Source: Nitrospinota bacterium (GTDB lineage Bacteria; JADFOP01). Taken from it: a stretch of DNA of 33,321 bases. Position 1 is the first letter of the stretch. Every line of letters begins with the position of its first letter. The DNA is taken from positions 62,001 to 95,321 of the forward strand of contig JADFOP010000002.1 of assembly GCA_022562795.1 (NCBI GenBank), written 5' to 3'. Made by a program: the position numbers and the translations under genes. Positions 1 to 9,082 of this stretch are shown one piece after another. Under the pieces are notes generated by a model. It saw only the letters and a program-made list of their open reading frames with translations, made no database searches and was not told the DNA's origin.

Positions 1-1180
1 CCGGGAGATCGGGCTCATCTGTTTGCTTCTCGCCCTTCAAGGCGCCCTCAAGGTCCCGTTCCCTGAGCATTCGGCGGCGGCGCGACACATCGTCGGCAAT
101 CGCGTTGGGGGTGTCGTTGGACACCACGATGTCCGGCTCAATTCCTATGCCCTGAATGAGCCGGTCCTTGGGCGTGTAGTACTTGGCAGTAGTAAGCCTT
201 AGCCCAGAGCCGTCGGAGAGCGGGACGATCGTCTGGACCGAGCCTTTCCCAAAGGTGGTCGCCCCTAGCAGGACCGCCCGTCCGTGGTCCTGGAGCGCAC
301 CGGCCACAATCTCGCTTGCTGAGGCGCTTCCGGCGTTAACGAGCACGACCATCGGATAGTCGGTGTGGCCTGAATTCTGGGCGGTGAAAGGGGGCAAAAC
401 TTTTTTGGGGTTGCGGCCCTTTATGGTCACGATGGGTTTGCCCGACTCCAAAAAAAGACCGGCCGTCTCGACGGCCTGGTCGAGCAGGCCCCCAGGATTG
501 TTACGCAAATCGAGAATGAGGCGTTTCATGCCTTGGCCTTCCAGATCCTCGAGCGCCTTGCTTAGATCTTTGCTGGTCGTCTTGTTGAAGCTTTTAAGGC
601 GGACGTAACCGATAGAGGGCTCTATAAAGCGGGTCCGGGTGCTTTGGATGTGAATGAGATCCCGGATGATCATAATCTCCTTCGGTTCCTCGAGCCCCTC
701 TCGAACTACGGTGATGGTGATGGGGGTGCCCACCGGGCCCCTCATGAGGCGGACAGCCTCCAGGAGGGTCATCTGCTTCGTGGAGGCGTCGTCGACCTTG
801 ATGATCCGATCCCCTGGTTCCACGCCGGCTTTGTGGGCAGGAGTCCCCTCGATGGGCGCTACAACCGTCAGGACGTCGTCCTGAATTGTAACCTCTATCC
901 CTAGTCCGCCGAACTGGCCCTCCGTCTCGACCTGCATCTCCTTGAAGGCCTCGGGCGTCATGTATGCGGTGTGGGGGTCAAGGGAGCGCAACATCCCTCG
1001 TATGGCTCCCTGAAGAAGGTCCTTGCTTTTGACCTCTTCGACGTAGTTCGACTCGACCAGGGAGAGCACCTCGGAGAAGGTCTTGAGGCCTTTGTAGGTG
1101 TCTTCCCGACCTTGGGCCGGGTTTGTCAGAAGAACCACCGCCCAAGCGGCGGCCGTCATAATCGAGCAAAGTTGCTTCAT
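1..1180 (-). CDS. ctpA: S41 family carboxyl-terminal processing protease (PDZ + S41), runs off the left window edge
   Basis: Manual translation from ATG 1180 (GTG 1189 possible): signal-like N-terminus, LDPHTAYM, GQFGGLGIEV, LDLRNNPGGLL, SASASEIVAGALQD, TFGKGSVQT. Absent from the ORF track because no stop lies in the window. Confidence 0.93.
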   Translation of the reverse strand, partial: MKQLCSIMTAAAWAVVLLTNPAQGREDTYKGLKTFSEVLSLVESNYVEEVKSKDLLQGAIRGMLRSLDPHTAYMTPEAFKEMQVETEGQFGGLGIEVTIQDDVLTVVAPIEGTPAHKAGVEPGDRIIKVDDASTKQMTLLEAVRLMRGPVGTPITITVVREGLEEPKEIMIIRDLIHIQSTRTRFIEPSIGYVRLKSFNKTTSKDLSKALEDLEGQGMKRLILDLRNNPGGLLDQAVETAGLFLESGKPIVTIKGRNPKKVLPPFTAQNSGHTDYPMVVLVNAGSASASEIVAGALQDHGRAVLLGATTFGKGSVQTIVPLSDGSGLRLTTAKYYTPKDRLIQGIGIEPDIVVSNDTPNAIADDVSRRRRMLRERDLEGALKGEKQTDEPDLP

Positions 1181-1260
1181 GGTTTTCACAGAATGGGCCC
1201 TTCCTACGAGATCGTTTAGTCCCTCACATATGGTAGCACAGGGGGGGGCTGTTCGCTAGC

Positions 1261-2511
1261 TCATTGTGCGCCGGCCACCATCCACGCTCGGGGGGCGATG
1301 GGTCGGCCTCGATGGCGGAGCTCGAAGTAGAGCCGAGGGGTTTCGGCCGCCCCGCTCGAGCCGACCCGGCCGATGACTTGTCCCGCCTCCACCCGCTCGC
1401 CGACCCTGACGGTGATCTCCAGGGCGTGAGCGTAGAGGGTGTGATAGCCCGTCCCGTGGTCGATGATGCAGATGTTGCCGTAGCCCCTGAAGGTGTCGGC
1501 GAAGACGACCGTTCCTGCGGCCACGGCCTCGATTGGGTCCCCCTCCGATGCCCTGATGGTGAGGCCCCGATGGAGTCGGGCGGCCCGGCCAGATAGCTTA
1601 AGGAGACTCCCGTGGACCGGCCAGGGAAGACGGCCTTTCATTAGGGAGAAAGATACCGGCTGGGAGGCGGCTTCGCGCTCCCTCTCAACGGCGTAGGGGA
1701 TTAAAGAGCCGCTCTGCTTCTCGACGACGGAGGGGATATGAGATTCAGGCCGGCTCTCGAGCCTGCCTACAAGCGCCTGTAAGTCTCTGGCAGCCGCCTC
1801 CATCTCCTTCAGGGCCTGCTCGTTGAGGCGACGCTCCCGCTGGATGGAGGCCAGAAGAGATCGTTTGGCTTTCGCCTGCCGGCGGAGGTTGTCGGCCTGG
1901 CGAGATAGCGATGCACGAGCCCTGGCGAGCTTTGAGTCGGTGGTCTTGAGTTGACCACGACGCGCCTGGAGCGCCTGCAGCGTGTCCTTATAGCGCTTGA
2001 TGCGTCCTCGGTCGAGCTCTGCGAGCCTTCTGGTGTATTTGGCCTGCTCGGCGGCCGCCGTGAGGGTTGGAGCGGTAAGCAGGACCTGCGCGATCGTCAG
2101 AGACCTCTGGCGGTAGAGACGCCGAAGGTGTTTCGCCAGCGAGCGCTGCTGGAGGGCCTGCTGGGCCTCGAGCTCAGAAATCTCGGCCTCGAGGGTCTTG
2201 GTCCGTCCCTGGTGTGTGGCCACCTCGCGGGCGGCCAGGTCGGCCTCGGTCCTGATAACGGCCACCTGCCGGTCGGCCGCCTCCAATTCCAACAGAATCG
2301 AACGCTCCCGGGCTCGCTCCGACTCAATCAGGTCCGACCGTCGCCGTAGCTGGTCCTCGACCTCTGTCAGGGCCTTTCGCTGGCGGCTCAAACGCTCCTG
2401 GAGGGCTTCCCTGCTCATCTGCTGGGCCCCTGCCCCGACGGTCCCCAGCAAAAGTATGGCTACGATGGTGGGCCCAACAATGGATGTAAGGCTGGGGCGA
2501 AGCCGAATCAC
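1261..2511 (-). CDS. envC: Murein hydrolase activator EnvC (coiled coil + degenerate M23/LytM domain)
   Basis: Signal peptide, long coiled coil, KGRLPWPVHG, GYGNICIIDHG, YHTLYAH; Zn ligands degenerate (HRGLT, LYFELR); follows ftsEX. Confidence 0.88.
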   Translation of the reverse strand: MIRLRPSLTSIVGPTIVAILLLGTVGAGAQQMSREALQERLSRQRKALTEVEDQLRRRSDLIESERARERSILLELEAADRQVAVIRTEADLAAREVATHQGRTKTLEAEISELEAQQALQQRSLAKHLRRLYRQRSLTIAQVLLTAPTLTAAAEQAKYTRRLAELDRGRIKRYKDTLQALQARRGQLKTTDSKLARARASLSRQADNLRRQAKAKRSLLASIQRERRLNEQALKEMEAAARDLQALVGRLESRPESHIPSVVEKQSGSLIPYAVEREREAASQPVSFSLMKGRLPWPVHGSLLKLSGRAARLHRGLTIRASEGDPIEAVAAGTVVFADTFRGYGNICIIDHGTGYHTLYAHALEITVRVGERVEAGQVIGRVGSSGAAETPRLYFELRHRGRPIAPRAWMVAGAQ

Positions 2512-3416
2512 GGTAGCCGCCTCACCACTGTACGGACGGCGTTGGTGCTCCCTACAATGCCCAGCAGTAGGCCGAGGGCAACCACGGCCCCGGCGACCGG
2601 CAGAGCAAGTTTCGCCATCGGCCCCAGACCTATGGCCTCGTGAAGCGCCGCTCCATACCGCGCCTCGATAACCCAGAGTACCAGGACCATTGCTGCCCCG
2701 GAAAGGATCCCGCCTGCCAGCCCCTTTAGGGCGCCTTCGATTACGTACGGTGCCCCCATCGACAGAGGGGGAGCCCCGACGAGCTTCAAAATCTCGAGCT
2801 CCTCAAGACGGGTGTAGAGCGTAAGCTTGATGGTGTTGTTGATCAGAAGGACGAGCGCCGAAGCCATCAAAATGAGCCCTGTCAGGCCCACCACCCGGCC
2901 CACTGCGCTCATGGCATCGAGCCTTCCCAACCACGACCGGCCGTATTCAACCTCATCAACCCCTGGGAGCTCGCTCACGGCTACGGACACCCGGTCGAGA
3001 GCGTCCACCCGACGGGCGTTGGGCTTAGGGGTCACCTCGAAAGAAGCGGGCAGTGGGTTGTCTTCTAGCCCCTCCAAAATATCTTCCTGTCCATTTAGGG
3101 AGGCCCGCATGCGACGTAAAGCCTCGTCCTTGGATACAAAGAGAACGGCCTGCACTTCGTGGAGGCCGGCCAACGTCTGAGCAATTGCCTCGCGTTGGCC
3201 ATCGGCGGCATCGTCCTGCAGGTAGACGATGAACCTCGCCTTTTCTCTCCAGCTTGTGGCCAGCCCCTCGAAGCTCAACCATGCCCAGGCGCCCATGCCC
3301 GAAAGGAACAGAAGGACCGCAATGGATGAGAAGGTCACGAGGCTGGGCCAAAGGTGGCTACGGATGTGGGCCACGGCCTCTCTGAAGTAGAAGGGAATCT
3401 GTCCGAGCCCCCGCAT
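2508..3416 (-). CDS. ftsX: Cell division permease-like protein FtsX
   Basis: NPLPASFEV, INNTIKLT..EELEILKLVGA, PYVIEG, about 4 TM segments; start moved to ATG 3416 behind GAGGAGG. Confidence 0.93.
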   Translation of the reverse strand: MRGLGQIPFYFREAVAHIRSHLWPSLVTFSSIAVLLFLSGMGAWAWLSFEGLATSWREKARFIVYLQDDAADGQREAIAQTLAGLHEVQAVLFVSKDEALRRMRASLNGQEDILEGLEDNPLPASFEVTPKPNARRVDALDRVSVAVSELPGVDEVEYGRSWLGRLDAMSAVGRVVGLTGLILMASALVLLINNTIKLTLYTRLEELEILKLVGAPPLSMGAPYVIEGALKGLAGGILSGAAMVLVLWVIEARYGAALHEAIGLGPMAKLALPVAGAVVALGLLLGIVGSTNAVRTVVRRLP

Positions 3417-3421
3417 GGCGC

Positions 3422-4084
3422 CTACACCTCCTCGCCAACAATTTTTCCCCATTCCAGCATCAGGGTCCGCTCTGGCATGCGCTCGATGATGCTGTCATCG
3501 TGGGTTGCGACCACGACCGTGGCCCCACGTCCGTGAGCTTCCTTCAGCAGGCCCATGATCGTCATCGTAAGGGTCGGATCGAGATTTCCGGTAGGCTCGT
3601 CGGCCAGTAGGATGGTCGGCTCGGCCACAAGCGCCCGAGCCAGGGCCACCCGCTGTTGCTCGCCTCCGGAGAGCATCGGCGGGAGGGTCTCTACCTTGGT
3701 GGTTAGCCCCACCTGCTTAAGCACGCTCCACACACGCTGCTTCACCTCCCGCTCGGCCATACCGTTGATTCTCAAGGGCAGGGCTATGTTTTGGAAGATA
3801 TTTTTGTACGGGATGAGCTTGAAATCTTGGTAGACCACCCCGATTCGGCGCCGAAGCTCGGGAAGCTGACGTGGCCTTAGCTCACCCATTGGGCGACCGA
3901 TGACGACGACGTGTCCACGGTCGGCCCTCTCGGCGCCGTAGAGTAGTTTCAGGAAAGTCGTCTTTCCGGCCCCGCTGGCGCCGGTCACGAAGACGAACTC
4001 GCCCCGGCGGATGCTGCACGTAATATTGTCCAGAGCCGGAACCTTGGGATGGTAGTACTTGCTGACCTGGTAGAGACGGATCAT
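3422..4084 (-). CDS. ftsE: Cell division ATP-binding protein FtsE
   Basis: [37 protein letters not shown]; start at ATG 4084 behind AGGAGG. Confidence 0.95.
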   Translation of the reverse strand: MIRLYQVSKYYHPKVPALDNITCSIRRGEFVFVTGASGAGKTTFLKLLYGAERADRGHVVVIGRPMGELRPRQLPELRRRIGVVYQDFKLIPYKNIFQNIALPLRINGMAEREVKQRVWSVLKQVGLTTKVETLPPMLSGGEQQRVALARALVAEPTILLADEPTGNLDPTLTMTIMGLLKEAHGRGATVVVATHDDSIIERMPERTLMLEWGKIVGEEV

Positions 4085-4163
4085 GAGCCCCTCCTGCGCC
4101 GGTTCCATTCCTGGTAAGGCACAGTCTGTGGGCCGATTAGATTACTTGAGGTCCGGTGGGATG

Positions 4164-4847
4164 TCAACGATTGGCTGGCGGTAGGCTCCGTCGTCGCTCG
4201 AACTTATCCAACCACCCCTCCAGGGTGGCTACGACATGGGCGGTGCGATCTTCCTCAATAGGTTCAGAGGTTGGTTCGGTAGGAAAGAGAGCGTGAATTT
4301 CTTCCACGGCCGAAGAATCGTCAACCATGGCCTCGAGGCCTTCTTCAGAGGCCTCCTCCTCGTCGGGCCCCGTTACAGGAGGGGCCGATTCGACCTCCTG
4401 AGCGGTGGAGGCGGCCGAGACCTCTTCGGTCTCTTTGAGCAATTTTTCTTCCAGCCCTTGCAATGTTTCCTTGAGATTCTCGTCATCGGGAGCGAGTTCG
4501 AGGAGCCGTTTGGTCTCTGCCATCGCCTCCCCCAGGCGGCCAGCCTCCCGGTGGCACGCGACGAGCAGCCTCCCGACGAGGAGGTTCTCGGGCTGCGAGG
4601 ACAGAACCCGTTTGGCCTCTTCTTCCGCCTCCATGTGAAGTCCTGAGTCGAAGTAGGCCAGGGCCAGAGCCGCCCTGGCGCCGGGGTAGTCGGGGTGGCG
4701 CTCCAGGCCCTGGTTCAGGGTTTCGATGGCACGCTGAGGCTGGCCAACGGCTCGGAGGGCGTTGGCCAGCGGAACAAAGTAGTAGGAATCAGGGCGCTCA
4801 GCCCAACGTTGCTCGTAGACGGGGAGGATTTCGTAGTATGCTCTCAT
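4164..4847 (-). CDS. Tetratricopeptide repeat protein with acidic linker
   Basis: TPR-like helices (LANALR..G...A, LALAYFDSG...A, LLELAPDD), acidic low-complexity region, short C-terminal helix LEGWLDKF. Confidence 0.75.
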   Translation of the reverse strand: MRAYYEILPVYEQRWAERPDSYYFVPLANALRAVGQPQRAIETLNQGLERHPDYPGARAALALAYFDSGLHMEAEEEAKRVLSSQPENLLVGRLLVACHREAGRLGEAMAETKRLLELAPDDENLKETLQGLEEKLLKETEEVSAASTAQEVESAPPVTGPDEEEASEEGLEAMVDDSSAVEEIHALFPTEPTSEPIEEDRTAHVVATLEGWLDKFERRRSLPPANR

Positions 4848-5191
4848 CTAGGAATCCCTTGCTCCTCTCCGGGGAGGGATAAACCGTCAACCGCAATATA
4901 TCAAAGGCTCCAGTTCGGAGCAACGGACGGAGATCGCAGATAGATAGTAAAGGGGGGTGATTTCAGGTATTTCAGGCGACGGTATAGTCTGGGGAAGCCG
5001 CGACAAACCTCCCCACGAATCCCATAACGTCTTGAAAACAGTCGTCTTATAGTTACTTCGGTGGCCGGGGGGAGCGGTGAAGGTGTATTCCTTTTAAAAG
5101 GACAAACCATCCTTCCCCCCGGCACGGACCACAATTGTGGAATAGGTTGCCGGGCGCCTGGAATAAAGCCTATGGAAGGATCCGTACTATC

Positions 5192-5464
5192 CTAGGAAGC
5201 AGCGGCCCTCAGCGCCTTGGCCGCCTTGAAAGTCGGCACCCGCCGGGCCGGAATCTTAATTGGCTTACCCGTTTGAGGGTTGCGGCCCATCCTGGCGGCC
5301 CGATTAGAGATGCCGAAGGTTCCGAGGCCGGCGATGGCGATTCTTCCCCCTCCACCCAAAGTGGTCTGGATGGAGCTGACGACGCAATCCACCGCTTGGC
5401 CTGCCTTCGCCTTGCTGATGTCGCAATCTTGAGCAACATGACTCACGAGTTCCGCCTTGGTCAT
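5192..5464 (-). CDS. hup: HU family DNA-binding protein
   Basis: MTKAELV.., GLGTF, RAARMGRNPQTGKPIKIPARRVPTFKA; 90 aa from ATG 5464 behind AAGGAG. Confidence 0.95.
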   Translation of the reverse strand: MTKAELVSHVAQDCDISKAKAGQAVDCVVSSIQTTLGGGGRIAIAGLGTFGISNRAARMGRNPQTGKPIKIPARRVPTFKAAKALRAAAS

Positions 5465-5561
5465 TTCCTTCTCCTTCGTTCCCTGGAGAAGAGCGCTTAA
5501 AAATGACTCCCGTTGCCCGCTGGCCGAGCGGACATGACTCCCTCTATGGTCACTCGCAATT

Positions 5562-5590
5562 ATTAAACGATACATGGAACCACCTGTCAA
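5562..5590 (-). promoter_or_regulatory. Sigma70-type promoter for hup
   Basis: TTGACA-17 nt-TTTAAT on the minus strand. Confidence 0.65.
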
Positions 5591-5603
5591 GCAAAAAATG
5601 CCG

Positions 5604-7361
5604 TCACGACGGGCTTTCCGCCCGACCCGTTTTTTCTGAGGGCCGAAGGGAGACGAGCTTCAGCTGAACGGTTTCTCGATCGTTCCACCGGTTGATCTGA
5701 GCCTCGTAGGCGAGATCGATCCTGGTCCCAGGGCGGAGGTCAATTTCGGGGAGCCTTCCGGAGGCCCCGAAGCCTATAACATCCATTTGCGCACTGCCGT
5801 CGCTGACGCCCATCTTGAGATGTGTGCGGTCCTTTCCCACCCACCGGGGCTCACCGTGGATGGTTACGTCCCGTGTGGCGAAGGAGGGCGAGGGGTTCCC
5901 CGACCCGAAGGGCTCCAGGCCGTCGAGGGATCGGATCAGGTCGGTCGTCCAAATGTCCAAAGGCACTTCGGCATCGAGGAGCAATTCCGGCTCTAAGGCG
6001 TCGGGCTCGATCATGCTCGCCACCGTCTGAGAGAACGCCTCCCTGAAGGCCTCGATGCCCTCGGAGGCGATGGTGCAACCTGCGGCGGCGCGGTGGCCCC
6101 CGAACTCTTCGAGCAAGCCGCTGCATCGGCTAAGAGCCTCGTATAGATTGAATCGGGGAATGGAGCGGCCACTGCCCTTTCCCACGTCGCCGTCAACGCT
6201 TATAAGGATGGTGGGACGCCAATAGAGCTCGGCGAGCTTACTGGCCACGATCCCAATAACCCCTTGGTGCCAGGCCTCGCTGGCCAACACCAGAGCCGGC
6301 GGCAGCGGCCCACCCTCTTCGACGAGGATGCGGGCCTCTTCGAAGACGGTCTGCTGAAGGGACTGTCGTCTGCGATTTTCCTGCTCGAGGCGGCGGGCTA
6401 GTTTGAGAGCCGCGTCCTGCTTTTGGGCCAGGAGCAGCTCGACACCAAGGGCCGCGTCCCCCAGCCTGCCGACGGCATTGAGCCGAGGCCCGAGGACGTA
6501 GCCCACATGCCCGGCGGTGACGCGCTTGCCCTTAAGACCTGCGACCTGCTTGAGGGCGTGGAGGCCGGCCTTGCGAGTGGCGGAGAGCTCGTCCAGGCCG
6601 TGCTTGACCAGCAGGTGGTTCTCGCCCGTCAGTGGGACGACGTCCGCCACCGTCCCGAGGGCGAAGAGGTCTACGTGGCGTTTGAGATTGGGCGGTGTAG
6701 TGCCGAAAAAGCCCTCCTTATGGAGGGCGCTACGCAACGCCGTCACCAGTTTGAAGGCGACGCCGACACCCGCCAGCCCTTTATAGGGATAGGGGCAGTC
6801 GGTGCGGTTGGGGTTGAGCACGGCCACAGCGGGGGGCAAGGTAGGTGGTGGCTCATGGTGGTCGGTCACGATAGTGTCGGCCCCTCGCTCGGCGGCGTAG
6901 GCCACCTCATTGAAATTTCCAATCCCCATATCAATTGTAACGATGAGGCTCGCACCCTCTTCGACCATCTCGTCGATGGCGGTGGTGTGCATCCCGTAGC
7001 CTTCGCTGAATCGGTTGGAGAGGCGGTAGGAGGGCTCTACACCGCACTCACGTAGGAAGGTGACGAGAAGGGCGGTTGCCGTCATTCCGTCTACGTCATA
7101 GTCCCCGTAGACGGCGATCCGCTCCCCGTCTTTGATGGCTCGGCAGAGCCGCTCGACGGCCCGGTCCATATCCCGCATATCGAACGGGTCGTGGAGGGCC
7201 TCCAGGGGAGCGTGAAGGAGGGCCTCGGCTTCGTCGGGGGTTTTCACCCCACGGGCGACTAGGCAGTGAGCCACAAGAGGTTGGATCGAGCAGGACGAAG
7301 CGAGCGCCTCTACCTCTTCTGGCGGCGCGTCCCTTACACTCCAGCGTTGAGGCATCGTCAT
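5604..7361 (-). CDS. recJ: Single-stranded-DNA exonuclease RecJ
   Basis: YGDYDVDG, TDHH, GTVADVVPL, GPRLNAVGR, GSGRS, FGGH, LEPFGSGNP. Confidence 0.96.
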   Translation of the reverse strand: MTMPQRWSVRDAPPEEVEALASSCSIQPLVAHCLVARGVKTPDEAEALLHAPLEALHDPFDMRDMDRAVERLCRAIKDGERIAVYGDYDVDGMTATALLVTFLRECGVEPSYRLSNRFSEGYGMHTTAIDEMVEEGASLIVTIDMGIGNFNEVAYAAERGADTIVTDHHEPPPTLPPAVAVLNPNRTDCPYPYKGLAGVGVAFKLVTALRSALHKEGFFGTTPPNLKRHVDLFALGTVADVVPLTGENHLLVKHGLDELSATRKAGLHALKQVAGLKGKRVTAGHVGYVLGPRLNAVGRLGDAALGVELLLAQKQDAALKLARRLEQENRRRQSLQQTVFEEARILVEEGGPLPPALVLASEAWHQGVIGIVASKLAELYWRPTILISVDGDVGKGSGRSIPRFNLYEALSRCSGLLEEFGGHRAAAGCTIASEGIEAFREAFSQTVASMIEPDALEPELLLDAEVPLDIWTTDLIRSLDGLEPFGSGNPSPSFATRDVTIHGEPRWVGKDRTHLKMGVSDGSAQMDVIGFGASGRLPEIDLRPGTRIDLAYEAQINRWNDRETVQLKLVSLRPSEKTGRAESPS

Positions 7362-8812
7362 CGCGGCTTCGGCTCCTTGGCGGGGGATGTCACTAGGGCA
7401 AGCCCTACGGCGTCCTGGACCTTTTGCATTAGGGGTAGCCCGCAGGTCTTGTTGTTGATGATGATGGAGAAAGCCAGCTCTTCAGAGTCGGCTGCCACGC
7501 CGTATCCAGAAAGGGCGCTCACACCGGCCAGGCTGCCCGTTTTGACACGGAGGCGCTGGACGGCCTGGGTCTCTGCGAGCCGCTCGTCCACCGAGCCGTC
7601 CATACCCATCACCGCAAGGGAGACGAGGTACTCGGGTCGGTAGCGAAAATCGCGCCACATGGCGGTGAGCACCGTGGTTATCTGGCGCGTGGTAAGACGG
7701 TTGGCCGGCGAGAGGCCAGAGCCGTCGCCCAAATGGTAGCTCCCCGGCGCGATATCGATGGAGCTCATGAAGTCTTGGACAACCGCAAGACCCTTGTCAA
7801 AGCTTCCCGGGGGGCCGTGGACGGACGCCCCCATGGTCTTAAGCACCGATTCGGCGACGAAGTTGTTGCTCAGCTTATTCAGGTCCTGGGCGATCCGGCC
7901 AAACGGCTTGGACTCAAAGGTCAAGAGCTCGAGCGCGCCCTTAGGCACGCGGCCCTCCCGAAGCCTGCCCTTGACGGCGATCCCCTCTCGGCGGAGCACC
8001 TCGGAGAGCACGGTAGCCAGGTAGCGCCACGGATGGGTGATGCTCCGGTAGTGGGTGGCCCGCTCCTCATCGTACGGGATTGAGCCGCGGACCACGATGG
8101 TGTTGGATCGCTCTCCGCCCCGACGGTCGACGACGAGGTTTCGCGTGCTGCCGGCGCTACCGGTGGTGGCGCGATTGACCAGCTTCAGAAAGGCCGTCTC
8201 CGGGTCGAGGAAGACCCGGGCGGGCTGCCCCGGCGTCGGGCCGGGCTCGATGTGGACGGCTACGGCGTTGAAGTTGAGACTCGCCGGCGCTACGGGGGCG
8301 TAGAACGCGCGTGTGCTGGTGCGGCCTCCCCAGCTCGGGGCCCGCACCTCGTCATCGAAAAAGGACTCGTCTATGACGAGGTCTCCAGCGACCTCGCGTA
8401 GCCCCCTCTGACGCAAGGCAGAGGCGAGGAGCCAGAGCCTCTCGCTCACCAGCTCCGGGTCGCCAAAGCCCTTGAGGACGAGGTCGCCCTTGAGGATGCC
8501 CCCGGCCAGGGGCCCTGCGGCGTAGAGCTTGGTGGTAAAGCGGTAGTCGGACCCAAGGGTGCGAAGGGCCGCCGCCGTGGTCAGGAGCTTGACGTTGCTG
8601 GCGGGAATGAAGAGCCGGTCGGCCTGGTGGGCGGCCAGAGTGGCGCCGTCGCTGAGGCGAACCACGTGGACGCCGATGTCGGCTTTAGGCACACACGAAG
8701 AGGCCAGAGCGGCTTCAACGCGCCCCTGGAGGAGCGGGCCCGCCTTCGCTGGGCTCACCACCCCAAGGGCGATTGCCAAACCGACGGCGATGCAGGCGCC
8801 CCGCCGCCTCAT
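7358..8812 (-). CDS. dacB: D-Ala-D-Ala carboxypeptidase/endopeptidase, PBP4 (S13)
   Basis: PASNVK (SxxK), SNN, DGSGLS, KTG motifs; signal peptide from ATG 8812 (ORF track extends to 8845). Confidence 0.93.
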   Translation of the reverse strand: MRRRGACIAVGLAIALGVVSPAKAGPLLQGRVEAALASSCVPKADIGVHVVRLSDGATLAAHQADRLFIPASNVKLLTTAAALRTLGSDYRFTTKLYAAGPLAGGILKGDLVLKGFGDPELVSERLWLLASALRQRGLREVAGDLVIDESFFDDEVRAPSWGGRTSTRAFYAPVAPASLNFNAVAVHIEPGPTPGQPARVFLDPETAFLKLVNRATTGSAGSTRNLVVDRRGGERSNTIVVRGSIPYDEERATHYRSITHPWRYLATVLSEVLRREGIAVKGRLREGRVPKGALELLTFESKPFGRIAQDLNKLSNNFVAESVLKTMGASVHGPPGSFDKGLAVVQDFMSSIDIAPGSYHLGDGSGLSPANRLTTRQITTVLTAMWRDFRYRPEYLVSLAVMGMDGSVDERLAETQAVQRLRVKTGSLAGVSALSGYGVAADSEELAFSIIINNKTCGLPLMQKVQDAVGLALVTSPAKEPKPR

Positions 8813-8966
8813 GACCGTCTCGCGGGGGTAGCCACGACGAGGCAAGGCCCAAAGACCAGCATCTCGCCGTAGCTGTCGAACACGATATCTGGCCAGTCGA
8901 AAATCAGGTTGGGAAGCACTGAGTGGATGACCTCAAGACCGTGGTATTGGTCTTCGCCTACCGGCC

Positions 8967-8995
8967 ATGATAGCCAGCGCCTTAAGAACCGTCAA
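8967..8995 (-). promoter_or_regulatory. Sigma70-type promoter for dacB-recJ
   Basis: TTGACG-17 nt-TATCAT on the minus strand. Confidence 0.55.
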
Positions 8996-9015
8996 GCCGA
9001 ACAGGTTTCCTCATG

Positions 9016-9043
9016 TTGACTTTTCCTCCGGTCCGGGTACCAT
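9016..9043 (+). promoter_or_regulatory. Sigma70-type promoter for the ABC transporter genes
   Basis: TTGACT-16 nt-TACCAT, divergent from the dacB promoter. Confidence 0.5.
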
Positions 9044-9082
9044 AGGCGAGGAGGCGAAGCCGCCTTCTTCCAGAGGGCCAGC

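Noticed and set aside
1241-1248. G8 tract upstream of ctpA as a phase-variation site
   Set aside because: Short, and similar G/C runs occur elsewhere in this GC-rich window; no evidence of length variation.
1261-1620. Inactivated M23 peptidase as a novelty
   Set aside because: Loss of Zn ligands is the normal state of EnvC.
4901-5134. 77 aa ORF in the TPR-hup gap
   Set aside because: No clear RBS or motif, and it overlaps the hairpin element.
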